From Oligoflexales bacterium (GTDB lineage Bacteria; Bdellovibrionota_B; Oligoflexia; Oligoflexales; CAIYRB01): a DNA stretch of 18,968 nt. The DNA lies in NCBI GenBank assembly GCA_041736175.1, contig JBGSUI010000119.1, positions 1 to 18,968 on the forward strand. Reading direction: 5' to 3'. This document shows, piece by piece, positions 7,433 through 15,475 of this stretch (position 1 is its first letter; every line of letters starts with the position of its first letter). Below the pieces are notes generated by a model. The model saw nothing but the letters and a program-made list of their open reading frames with translations. It did no database searches and was not told the origin of the DNA. A program made the position numbers and the translations under genes.

Positions 7433-9559
7433 ATGATGCCTACATTTAAATCAATTCTAAGACAACGAAAATTCTGGCTATTTCAGCGGCTTTGCGTCAC
7501 AATTACTCCCTGGCTCTCCTTTTTGATCTTGGCTGACGCTGGCTTTTCTCAACAAAATTATGGCGATCTTGATTTAGAGGACCTCTTAAAAATCGAAATC
7601 GTCGAACTCGTCACTAAAAAGGCAGAGCCGCTTATGGACTCTTCCCTTTCCGTGTCCGTGCTGCACTCTTCGGACATACAACGCTCAGGAGCCCAAAGCA
7701 TTCCCGAAGCCTTAAGGTTGATACCTGGAGTCCTTGTTCGAGAGCAATCTAATGGTGCCTATGACGTCAATATTATGGGGCTTGATGATATTTCCACCAA
7801 CAAGCTTTTGCCCTTTCCCTCAAGCTCGACCATCCTCGTGATGATCGATTACCGGGTCGTTTATAACTATTTTTCGGGAGGTACTTTTTGGGAAACTCTC
7901 CCTGTCGGACTCCTCGACATCGAGCGCATTGAGCTTATTAGGGGTCCCTTTTCGGCCCTTTATGGCCCAAATGCCGTGACGGGTGTCGTCAATATTGTGA
8001 CGCGACAGGGGAGTGGGACCACTGCACCTCCCTATCGATATCGGGCGGATTTCAAATCTAAATCTGATTACCTAGCTGAGGCCCGATTTCATCATGTTTT
8101 TGCCAATGGCTTGCAATCTAGCTTATCCTTTAACGGAAACCATCGAAAAAGATTTGAATCCGGCTATTGGGATTGGGTGCAAAACCAAAAAATCCCCTAT
8201 GACCGTCTAACGACGACATTGTCCCAGCCTGATATCGACAACTTAGACGACGAGAAGTACCATCTCGACAACATTAACAGCCGATATCCTGATCCAGAGA
8301 CCTCACTTAAAAAATTTGGCGCCAATCTAAATTTCCACTATCCCATTACTTCGAGAGACTTTGTATCTCTCACCAGCAGCGTCCAAACCTCCTTTGTCCA
8401 ACGGGTAGGTGTTAACAACTTTGCTACACCTCTCACCACCAATCTTTCCATGACGCGCTCCAGTGACTTGCGCTTAAAGTTGGGGGAATCCTCCCTACAA
8501 GCCGCGACCATTATCGGCGAACAAGAGGTGGGTGGAATGCCCGAATGGAAATACAAACTTAATGTCAATGATTTAGTGGTTAACCACCAGTTTCATCTAG
8601 GAACCACTTCGCTGCGTCCTGAAATCAGCGGGCGACAAGCTATTTATAACGGAGAATTTATTGGTGGAAAAAGAGAGCTCAATACCTTAGCGTTTTCTGT
8701 TTTTAGTGAACGCAATTTCTTACAAGACACCCTAAGACTGCTATTAGCTGGTCGCCTAGACTCATATAGCTCCCCAAAAGGTCTCTATCCTTCATATCAG
8801 TTGTCGCTGCGTTACCGACTCAATATTAAAAACATTCTCTATACATCGTTAGCGCGGGCTAACCGTGCTCCTTTTATGGTCGACAACTTCTTAAAATACA
8901 CCATCGAAGCTCCCAATAGCACCATCAAATATATTGGTAACCAAGAGCTTAATTTAATGACAATCGATTCTGTAAATATCGGATATCGTTATAAGATGAG
9001 TGGCAGTCTTTCGAGCGATGTGAATATCTACAACTCCCGCATATACCAACTTTCTGATCTTTCTTATGTCGAAAGTGATGTGATCGATAACAAACCCGTG
9101 GTGACCTGGCAGTATCGAAATACTGATGACCGACAAACCCAAGTGGGGAGTAGCTTTTCGGTGTTATACGAATGGACCAACACGCTTAAAATCAACCCCT
9201 ATTTAGCCTGGCAAAAAACCACCCGATTTAAAAACTCAAAAGACCTCGACACAAACCAAAAAATCTCGACCCCCAGCCTCTTCGGGGGAATGAGTGCCAA
9301 TTATCGTCCTCTAGAGCGGCTGAATCTCTCCTTGAACTCCTATTTTATGAGCAAGCAATCCATGCCAAACTACAACCAAACCATGTACCAAGACCTAGGA
9401 AACTACCTCCTAACCAATGCTCGATTAGCCTATAGCTTTGAGACCCTAGAACTCTTTTTCTCCGCCCGAAATTTGGGCACCAATAGGGAGCAATATGCAT
9501 TTGCAGATACCGTTAAACCCTTTTTTCTCATTGGGATTTCCTCTGACAAATTGAACTAA
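7433..9559 (+). CDS. TonB-dependent receptor (plug + beta-barrel)
   Basis: Signal peptide; N-terminal DLDLEDLLKIEI motif typical of YfiR-associated receptors. Plug motifs DIQRSGAQSIPEALRLIPGV, LVMID.R and IERIELIRGP.SALYGPNAVTGVVNIVT. Aromatic-rich alternating strands; ARNL near the C-terminus. Confidence 0.92.
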   Translation: MMPTFKSILRQRKFWLFQRLCVTITPWLSFLILADAGFSQQNYGDLDLEDLLKIEIVELVTKKAEPLMDSSLSVSVLHSSDIQRSGAQSIPEALRLIPGVLVREQSNGAYDVNIMGLDDISTNKLLPFPSSSTILVMIDYRVVYNYFSGGTFWETLPVGLLDIERIELIRGPFSALYGPNAVTGVVNIVTRQGSGTTAPPYRYRADFKSKSDYLAEARFHHVFANGLQSSLSFNGNHRKRFESGYWDWVQNQKIPYDRLTTTLSQPDIDNLDDEKYHLDNINSRYPDPETSLKKFGANLNFHYPITSRDFVSLTSSVQTSFVQRVGVNNFATPLTTNLSMTRSSDLRLKLGESSLQAATIIGEQEVGGMPEWKYKLNVNDLVVNHQFHLGTTSLRPEISGRQAIYNGEFIGGKRELNTLAFSVFSERNFLQDTLRLLLAGRLDSYSSPKGLYPSYQLSLRYRLNIKNILYTSLARANRAPFMVDNFLKYTIEAPNSTIKYIGNQELNLMTIDSVNIGYRYKMSGSLSSDVNIYNSRIYQLSDLSYVESDVIDNKPVVTWQYRNTDDRQTQVGSSFSVLYEWTNTLKINPYLAWQKTTRFKNSKDLDTNQKISTPSLFGGMSANYRPLERLNLSLNSYFMSKQSMPNYNQTMYQDLGNYLLTNARLAYSFETLELFFSARNLGTNREQYAFADTVKPFFLIGISSDKLN

Positions 9560-9599
9560 TTGAAAATACTGTGGGGTACACCTCGAGGAGGATCTTGTT

Positions 9600-10151
9600 A
9601 TGATATTCTTACCGCTGATAAAAATCTGTCTTGCTTTATGTTTAAGCTTTCCCCCTCTGATGGCTATTGTTCCTACCGAATTTCAAGCTATTTTCTTTGC
9701 TAAGGTGATCAAATATGTTCGATCGCCGGATTTTAGTGGGTCCAAGAAATTTTCTCTAGGCTTGCTCTATGACCCAAGCAGCCCTGATTCCAAGCTCCAT
9801 TTAGCGGAACTTTTTGGTGAATTTAAAAAAACCTTAGAACAACAAAAATCAGGTTCCCTCGAATTTTCGGTAGTAGAAGTCACCGTGTCAAATCTAGCAA
9901 CATCTCATCTGGATGGGCTATATCTGTGCAAGGGATTTTCACCACAAAAACTTGCAGAACTCCTTAAGATTATCCGTTCCAAGAAATTACTCAATTTTAC
10001 AGCGGAGGAGTCCTATTTTAATAGCGGGGTAATGCTAGGGGTTAAGTTGACAGAAGGCAAAACCCAGATCATCCTCAATAAAAGCCAGTCTGATGCTTCG
10101 GGTATAGAATTTGATTCCCGATTTCTCCAAGTCGCCGAGATTATAAAATAA
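9600..10151 (+). CDS. YfiR-family (DUF4154) periplasmic protein
   Basis: Signal peptide. QAIFFAKVIKYV..P resembles the YfiR N-terminal helix; the C-terminal GV...EGK.QIILN......SGIEFDSRFLQVAEII matches the YfiR C-terminal signature. It sits between a TBDR and a HAMP sensor. RBS GAGGAGG at 9585-9591. Confidence 0.85.
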   Translation: MIFLPLIKICLALCLSFPPLMAIVPTEFQAIFFAKVIKYVRSPDFSGSKKFSLGLLYDPSSPDSKLHLAELFGEFKKTLEQQKSGSLEFSVVEVTVSNLATSHLDGLYLCKGFSPQKLAELLKIIRSKKLLNFTAEESYFNSGVMLGVKLTEGKTQIILNKSQSDASGIEFDSRFLQVAEIIK

Positions 10152-10177
10152 CCCTCAAGGTTTGACCTAGGAAAACC

Positions 10178-12283
10178 ATGTTCAATGTAAACATACTCCG
10201 CCATTTGCCGATCCGCCATAAGATCTTGGCTGCTTTCTTAGTCCTTATCGGCATTCTTTCTGTTTTTATGTTGCTCTACTTTCCGGCTAAGTTCACCCAG
10301 AAAACCCTCGATGGAATCCTCCGAGAATCTAATACCATGACAAAAGTGTTAGCATTCTCTTCTGTTGTTGCTGTGGAATTTGGTGACAAGAAAATCATGG
10401 AAGAAATCTTCCAAAGTGCAACCGTCAATCCCAACACCCTCTTTTTCATGATTTACACCAAGGACAAGTCCACGTTTTATGCTCTTAAAGAAGAGAATTC
10501 ACTGGGCCTCGAAAGACTGACTCCCCTCAAGCCCATGAATTATATCAAGGACGATATCTACGTCATCGTCGAGCCGATCGTATCTTCAGGGGATATTCTT
10601 GGATATCTTATGGCAGGATTTGATCTTAGAGAACTCAAAGACTCACGCATCCAGGACTTTATCACAATACTTATCGTCACCATTATCATGGCCCTGGTTT
10701 GTTTGCTAGGCTCACATTTTTTGAGCAGACTCATTACAATACCTATCGATAAGGTCATCAAAGCCTCTCAAACCATTGCTCTCGGCCAGTACGATTTGAC
10801 CATCGACGCATCAGACGGAGCAGAACTAGGCCACCTGGCTCGAAACTTCAACTCAATGACCAACGCTATCCGCGACTCCCGCATCCTGCTAATCGCTCAA
10901 AATAAGGAGATCGTCGCCAAAAACCAGGCCATTAAAAGCATCCTCGACAATGTCGAAGATGGACTTGTCGCCTGTGATAGAAGCCTCAGGATCCTCCCTG
11001 GCTTTAGCCGGTCCCTAAGCACCCATTTTAATATCTCCGAGACGTCCGTCCTAGGACAGAATCTTTTGGACTTACTAGCCATCGATGAAAGGCAAAAAGA
11101 CAATTTTTCTGGCTACTACCAACAGATATTTGAAAAACCTCTGTTTGCAGATTTTTCGGCACACCAACTACCTAGACGGTTTGACTGCCATGGGAAAATC
11201 CTGAATCTCTCAGCAAGCCCTATTTCCGATGACAATCCTCAAGGAGACAAAGAAATCAAATTTGTACTTTTCTGTATTTCAGATATCACTCATTTAGAAC
11301 GATTAGAGGAGGAAAATGCCCTCAATCGATCGATTATATTGATCATGAAAAATCTCCAGGTCTTTGCTAAACTTGCTGAAGATTTTCGAGCGATCGATCT
11401 TATCTACGAAAATGACCTATCCCATCACCAAAAATCCATCCGTCACCATCTTCATACCTTTAAGGGCAATTTCGGCAATTTTGGTCTGGCCACTCTTGTA
11501 AAGGAAATCCACGACGCCGAAAGCCTGCCTGTGATTAGGTCTGAGGACCTCAAGAAACTGATTATAAGCTTTGACCTTGCCATCGCTAAATTCCAGAAAA
11601 TCGTCGATTTGTCACTCCATTCCAAAAACCAAGATTACAAAATACGTGCCGCCGATTTTGATCATCTTTGGCAGGCGATTCAAACGGGATCTATATCCGA
11701 AATCAAAAAAAGCGCCGATCTCATGCTCAAGTCCATCCAGAGTACTGAGGTGGGCAGTCTGCTTCGTCCTCTCAAAGACCGCTTACGGGTCTTAGAACAA
11801 CGACTTTATAAGAAGGCGACCTTACATCTATCCGGAGAGGATATCCTCATCCCTAAAGCCTATTTTGGGGTGTTTCAGACATTTGTCCTTTGGCTCAATA
11901 ATGCCATGGTCCACGGCATTGAACCCACGGGTCAAAGAGGTAAGAAATCATCTACCGGCCATCTCCAAATCAGTGTGGAAACAACCACTCAAGGCTATTT
12001 TATCACTCTCAGTGACGATGGCCGGGGGCTAGACCGAGAACTCCTTGCCCAATTACAGTCTCAAGTCTCTCAGGGACACTCCACCAACCTGGCGTCTGTT
12101 TCCTCCGTTTCTACAGGCGCCACGGATGATCTTGCCGGGCGAGGAGTCGGCCTCGCGGCCATCATCGAGGCTGTCTCTGCCGCTCAAGGCAGTCTAGCCT
12201 TCAAGAGCGAGCCAGGATCCGGACTGGTTTTGGAAATTTCATTACCTAGTGTCCAGCCACAACAAGAGCGACTAACTGCTTAA
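10178..12283 (+). CDS. Membrane-bound CheA-like histidine kinase: TM, YfiN-like periplasmic domain, TM, HAMP, PAS-like, Hpt, HATPase_c
   Basis: Two TM helices; periplasmic LAFSSVVAVEFGDKKIMEE...IYTKD. HAMP (ITIPID...ELGHLARNFNSM); ILDNVEDGL PAS start. Hpt HLHTFKG (His codon 11453-11455). CheA-type boxes NNAMVHGIE, SDDGRGLD, ST...DDLAGRGVGL, SEPGSG. No CheW (P5) domain. Confidence 0.88.
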   Translation: MFNVNILRHLPIRHKILAAFLVLIGILSVFMLLYFPAKFTQKTLDGILRESNTMTKVLAFSSVVAVEFGDKKIMEEIFQSATVNPNTLFFMIYTKDKSTFYALKEENSLGLERLTPLKPMNYIKDDIYVIVEPIVSSGDILGYLMAGFDLRELKDSRIQDFITILIVTIIMALVCLLGSHFLSRLITIPIDKVIKASQTIALGQYDLTIDASDGAELGHLARNFNSMTNAIRDSRILLIAQNKEIVAKNQAIKSILDNVEDGLVACDRSLRILPGFSRSLSTHFNISETSVLGQNLLDLLAIDERQKDNFSGYYQQIFEKPLFADFSAHQLPRRFDCHGKILNLSASPISDDNPQGDKEIKFVLFCISDITHLERLEEENALNRSIILIMKNLQVFAKLAEDFRAIDLIYENDLSHHQKSIRHHLHTFKGNFGNFGLATLVKEIHDAESLPVIRSEDLKKLIISFDLAIAKFQKIVDLSLHSKNQDYKIRAADFDHLWQAIQTGSISEIKKSADLMLKSIQSTEVGSLLRPLKDRLRVLEQRLYKKATLHLSGEDILIPKAYFGVFQTFVLWLNNAMVHGIEPTGQRGKKSSTGHLQISVETTTQGYFITLSDDGRGLDRELLAQLQSQVSQGHSTNLASVSSVSTGATDDLAGRGVGLAAIIEAVSAAQGSLAFKSEPGSGLVLEISLPSVQPQQERLTA

Positions 12284-14169
12284 GCGGATTTAAAGGGGAT
12301 GGCTGCCGGCACTTCTTGGGTCTCCTCGAGACTAACTTTTTTGCGATGGGGATCGTAAAGGGGAAACTTCAAAACAAAGTGGGTGTTAGGACTTGATCGA
12401 TTGAGTTCTAGGTTTCCTGAGTGTTCCAAAACAATTTTGCGACATATGGACAAACCGAGCCCGGTACCCTTTCCCTCAGGTTTTGTAGTAAAAAAAGCCT
12501 CCATCATCTTATCGGCAATCTGCTGGGGTATCCCTTGACCACTATCGATCATATCGATCACTACATGGGATGAAGTCTTCCTGCCAAGGATTTTCACCCA
12601 CTTTTCGGGAAGCTGATGAATGGCATCAATCGAATTGGATAGAAGGTTGATCATCACTTGGGTGATTTCAGAAGAAATTCCACTGATCATTAGGTCATCC
12701 TCTAGCTCTGACTGGACAATCACTTCGTTTTTAGAAGCTTGGGAGTGGGTGATGATGAGTGCATCCTCAAGGATGGTTTTAAGCTCTACTTTAGAGAATT
12801 GATCGTCGGCACCGTTTCGAGAAAATCGTTTTAGCCCGGAGATCACTGAATTGAGGTGTTTCGAAGATTTTTCTAGGATCTTCAAGAGTCGCTTCATACT
12901 CTCCATATTGGGCTCGCTCCCTTGAACCATTTTGTTGACAATCTCAACTGTCGAGCGAATCACCGTCAAAGGTTGCGCGATGTCATGAACCACTCCAGCT
13001 AATGCGGTTCCTAAAATGGATAGTCTGGTCGACTGTTCGAGCTGACTGCGACTCCGCTCGATAATAGCCATTTGCTCTTTTGATGATGTCTCATCAAAAA
13101 TAATTCCATCCCACAAGCATTTGGAGTCGACCATGACTGGTTCTCCCAAGATTCTCAGAAATCTTTCGCCTTTTTTAGGGTGAAGATAAGTCATTTCGAA
13201 GTCGACTTTCTGGCTACTCTTGTGCGAACTGTCCAAAGTCTTGATGAGTTTCTTGAGTTCAACTTTTGGTATATACTGGAGCAGTTTTCCCTGAACAATA
13301 ATTTCATCTTCTGATACACCGAGAATATCTTGGCATTGAGTGCTTACAAACGGCAGGCTGAGTTCGCCTGTGCTTGAAAGCCCCATTTGAATCACCACGG
13401 CAGGAAAAGTTTTAATCAGACGACTGTGCTTTTCTTCTTTTTCCTGGGCATTGATGGCTGCCATCACTCGTTCTGAAACATCTTGGATGGACCCCACGAG
13501 CATAGTGCCACTATCGAACAGATCCTTCTGGCATCGACAATGAAACCATTGGGTTTTGCCTTGGTTGGTGATTCTAAAATCAAAAGTTGTGATCCCCTGG
13601 TTTTTGCGCAACTGGTCTAAACCTTGAGCCACAGCTGTCTTCGAGGTTTCGTCGACTATGAGTTCCAACATTTCCAGTCGAAAATCTTTAAACTTCCTGA
13701 TTCCCAAAAGGGACAGCAAGGAATCGCTTTCTAGGACCGCTGAGGGTTCCACAAGCTGGAAAAAAAAGGCAACTTTGCCGATGCTCATGGATTGTCTCAG
13801 CATAAATGCAGAACGGCTTTTTTCGGTAATATTCTGGATGGTGAGAAGGCAGCCCTGCACCTCATCTTGTTCGATCAAGGGCGAAACTTCGAATTCCAGC
13901 TTAAACGGAATCCCATGAAATCCCCTGTGTGTGGTTGCAAAAATCTTTCTCTGGCGTTGTTCCAGGCATTCTTGCAAAAATCTTAATTCCATAATCGACG
14001 CCCCTGTAGGGGGAATTAGCTCTTGAAAATGGGATCCGAGAGCACTGATTTCATCAATTTGGAATAGATTCTCCATATAGGCATTCCAACTCGTCACCCT
14101 TAGGTGCCGGTCAAGGCTAACAAAGCCGATACTCTGCAGGTTCTTTAGATTGGAAAACCGTTCGATCAT
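12280..14169 (-). CDS. Cytoplasmic multi-PAS sensor histidine kinase (HisKA/NtrB-like)
   Basis: Three PAS/PAC-like segments (LDRHLRVTSWN; FRI...WFH...GSIQDVSER; FVS....ILG...WDGIIFD). H box VVHDIAQPL, N box NLLSNSIDA, G1 DSGQGI, F box FFTTK, G2 GTGLGLSI. No TM segment. Confidence 0.92.
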   Translation of the reverse strand: MIERFSNLKNLQSIGFVSLDRHLRVTSWNAYMENLFQIDEISALGSHFQELIPPTGASIMELRFLQECLEQRQRKIFATTHRGFHGIPFKLEFEVSPLIEQDEVQGCLLTIQNITEKSRSAFMLRQSMSIGKVAFFFQLVEPSAVLESDSLLSLLGIRKFKDFRLEMLELIVDETSKTAVAQGLDQLRKNQGITTFDFRITNQGKTQWFHCRCQKDLFDSGTMLVGSIQDVSERVMAAINAQEKEEKHSRLIKTFPAVVIQMGLSSTGELSLPFVSTQCQDILGVSEDEIIVQGKLLQYIPKVELKKLIKTLDSSHKSSQKVDFEMTYLHPKKGERFLRILGEPVMVDSKCLWDGIIFDETSSKEQMAIIERSRSQLEQSTRLSILGTALAGVVHDIAQPLTVIRSTVEIVNKMVQGSEPNMESMKRLLKILEKSSKHLNSVISGLKRFSRNGADDQFSKVELKTILEDALIITHSQASKNEVIVQSELEDDLMISGISSEITQVMINLLSNSIDAIHQLPEKWVKILGRKTSSHVVIDMIDSGQGIPQQIADKMMEAFFTTKPEGKGTGLGLSICRKIVLEHSGNLELNRSSPNTHFVLKFPLYDPHRKKVSLEETQEVPAAIPFKSA

Positions 14170-14210
14170 GGATTTAAAACAGGGCCTCGCTTAAAAAGGA
14201 AAAAAGACAT

Positions 14211-14771
14211 TTATAAAAACTCCATGGAATTTTCATGAGAAGCAGTCTCATGGCGTACCATATGGTTAGGAAAGTTTTTTGACCACAAACAATGCAGACC
14301 TATTCTCCGGCCCTCAAAATGAATGGTCCACGAAATTGAATTAAGATTTGGGTTGTCACTGCTCGTCGTATCAATAATGTTAGCAGGGATAACTTTGGGG
14401 ATCATGGGCTTAAACTCGCTATGGGAAGCGATTTTAGCATGCTGGCCGTTTAAGATCGCGTTTTTAACTGGCCCTGCGATGGTATTTAAAAACTCACACA
14501 TACTCGAATGAATCAGGGAAAGTGGCAAAATGTCTGGGTTGATTTGCAGCACCTTAGCTGTAATAAAGCGGGCATCAAAACTTCGGTATCTTAGGTCGAG
14601 CCTCCAAAAAATATCTGGTTTGATGACAAAACAAAGTTGTCCTAACCAATAGTCGTTATGATCTCCCGCCATAATGCCGTCAACCAGTTGAACCTCGGCC
14701 TTACCTTTGAGAAGTCTTGACATTTGATTTAATGATTCACTTTTTATAAAAGTCGTCGTATCGATGTTCAT
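14211..14771 (-). CDS. CheX-like (CheC/CheX/FliY family) phosphatase
   Basis: SSMCEFLNTIAGPVK carries the E-x-x-N-x-x-x-G catalytic motif, followed by IPKVI. Its size is appropriate and it lies next to cheY. Confidence 0.7.
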   Translation of the reverse strand: MNIDTTTFIKSESLNQMSRLLKGKAEVQLVDGIMAGDHNDYWLGQLCFVIKPDIFWRLDLRYRSFDARFITAKVLQINPDILPLSLIHSSMCEFLNTIAGPVKNAILNGQHAKIASHSEFKPMIPKVIPANIIDTTSSDNPNLNSISWTIHFEGRRIGLHCLWSKNFPNHMVRHETASHENSMEFL

Positions 14772-14821
14772 GGGATCTATAGTCCTTCCATCCCGAAAGG
14801 GGTTTTACGGCGAACACTATA

Positions 14822-14863
14822 TGATCGGTGATACTAATCTCGGACTTTAGAAATCAATCTTTG
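14822..14863 (-). promoter_or_regulatory. Two overlapping sigma28 (FliA)-like promoter motifs upstream of the cheX-like gene
   Basis: The minus strand reads CAAAG-N14-TCCGAGA (14863-14838) and TAAAG-N15-ACCGATCA (14849-14822), versus consensus TAAAG/TCAAG-N14-GCCGATA. Confidence 0.5.
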
Positions 14864-14977
14864 AATTTTTAACCAGAAGTTTTTGGATTTATTTTCGAGG
14901 CCATGGACCTTAAGATTTCTTTCCTCAGGAGAAGGAGGCATAATAATTTCGGTAGTCCCTTGAGCGAGGAGTCCCCC

Positions 14978-15346
14978 ATGGCTAAAATCCTAATAGTCGA
15001 TGATTCTGATATCTTTAGGTTAGAATTATCGAATGTCCTCATTGCTGGAGGGCACCAGTGTCTCGAAGCGGAAAACGGTGTTGTGGGAGTCCTGACTGCT
15101 CGGGACAACTTTGATATCGATCTGATCATTTCTGACGTCAATATGCCTGAAATGGACGGTCTAGAAATGGTTAAACAAATAAAGTTGATTCCAAGGTACG
15201 AAAAAACTCCTATCTTTATGCTGACCACTGAAAACTCACAGGACCTCAGGTCCATCGGTAAGAGTGTCGGTGTGCTCCTTTGGGTCGCCAAACCTTTTGA
15301 TTCACAAAAATTACAGGATGTGATCAAAAAAGTGGTCGACCGGTAA
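14978..15346 (+). CDS. cheY: CheY-like single-domain response regulator (122 aa; start corrected to ATG 14978)
   Basis: KILIVDDS, phosphoacceptor ISDVNMPEMDG, PIFMLTTE, WVAKPF. GAGGAG RBS at 14966-14971. Confidence 0.88.
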   Translation: MAKILIVDDSDIFRLELSNVLIAGGHQCLEAENGVVGVLTARDNFDIDLIISDVNMPEMDGLEMVKQIKLIPRYEKTPIFMLTTENSQDLRSIGKSVGVLLWVAKPFDSQKLQDVIKKVVDR

Positions 15347-15396
15347 GCCCAAATTCCGCTCAAGCCACTTTTGCTCGTATACATACCCGAAAAATT

Positions 15397-15412
15397 AGGC
15401 ACGCTTTTTGCT
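15397..15412 (+). promoter_or_regulatory. sigma54 (RpoN) -24/-12 promoter for the 15476..16519 gene
   Basis: AGGCACGCTTTTTGCT differs from TGGCACG-N4-TTGCW only at the first base. It is intergenic, about 63 nt before the ATG. Confidence 0.75.
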
Positions 15413-15475
15413 GACAGTTTCAATGCATCTGTTTAGCGAATTGGCACCAAACTTATCCCACTTAATGCGAACCCA

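Noticed and set aside
14781..14815. Small CCC-GAAA-GGG hairpin as a possible c-di-GMP-I riboswitch
   Set aside because: It lacks the flanking GGCAAACC/ACGCAAA elements and second stem, and the GAAA loop reads on the strand opposite the adjacent cheX-like gene.
14869..15423. 184-aa minus-strand ORF
   Set aside because: Antisense shadow of cheY.
15442..15457. Second TGGCAC motif upstream of 15476
   Set aside because: No GC at the -12 position.
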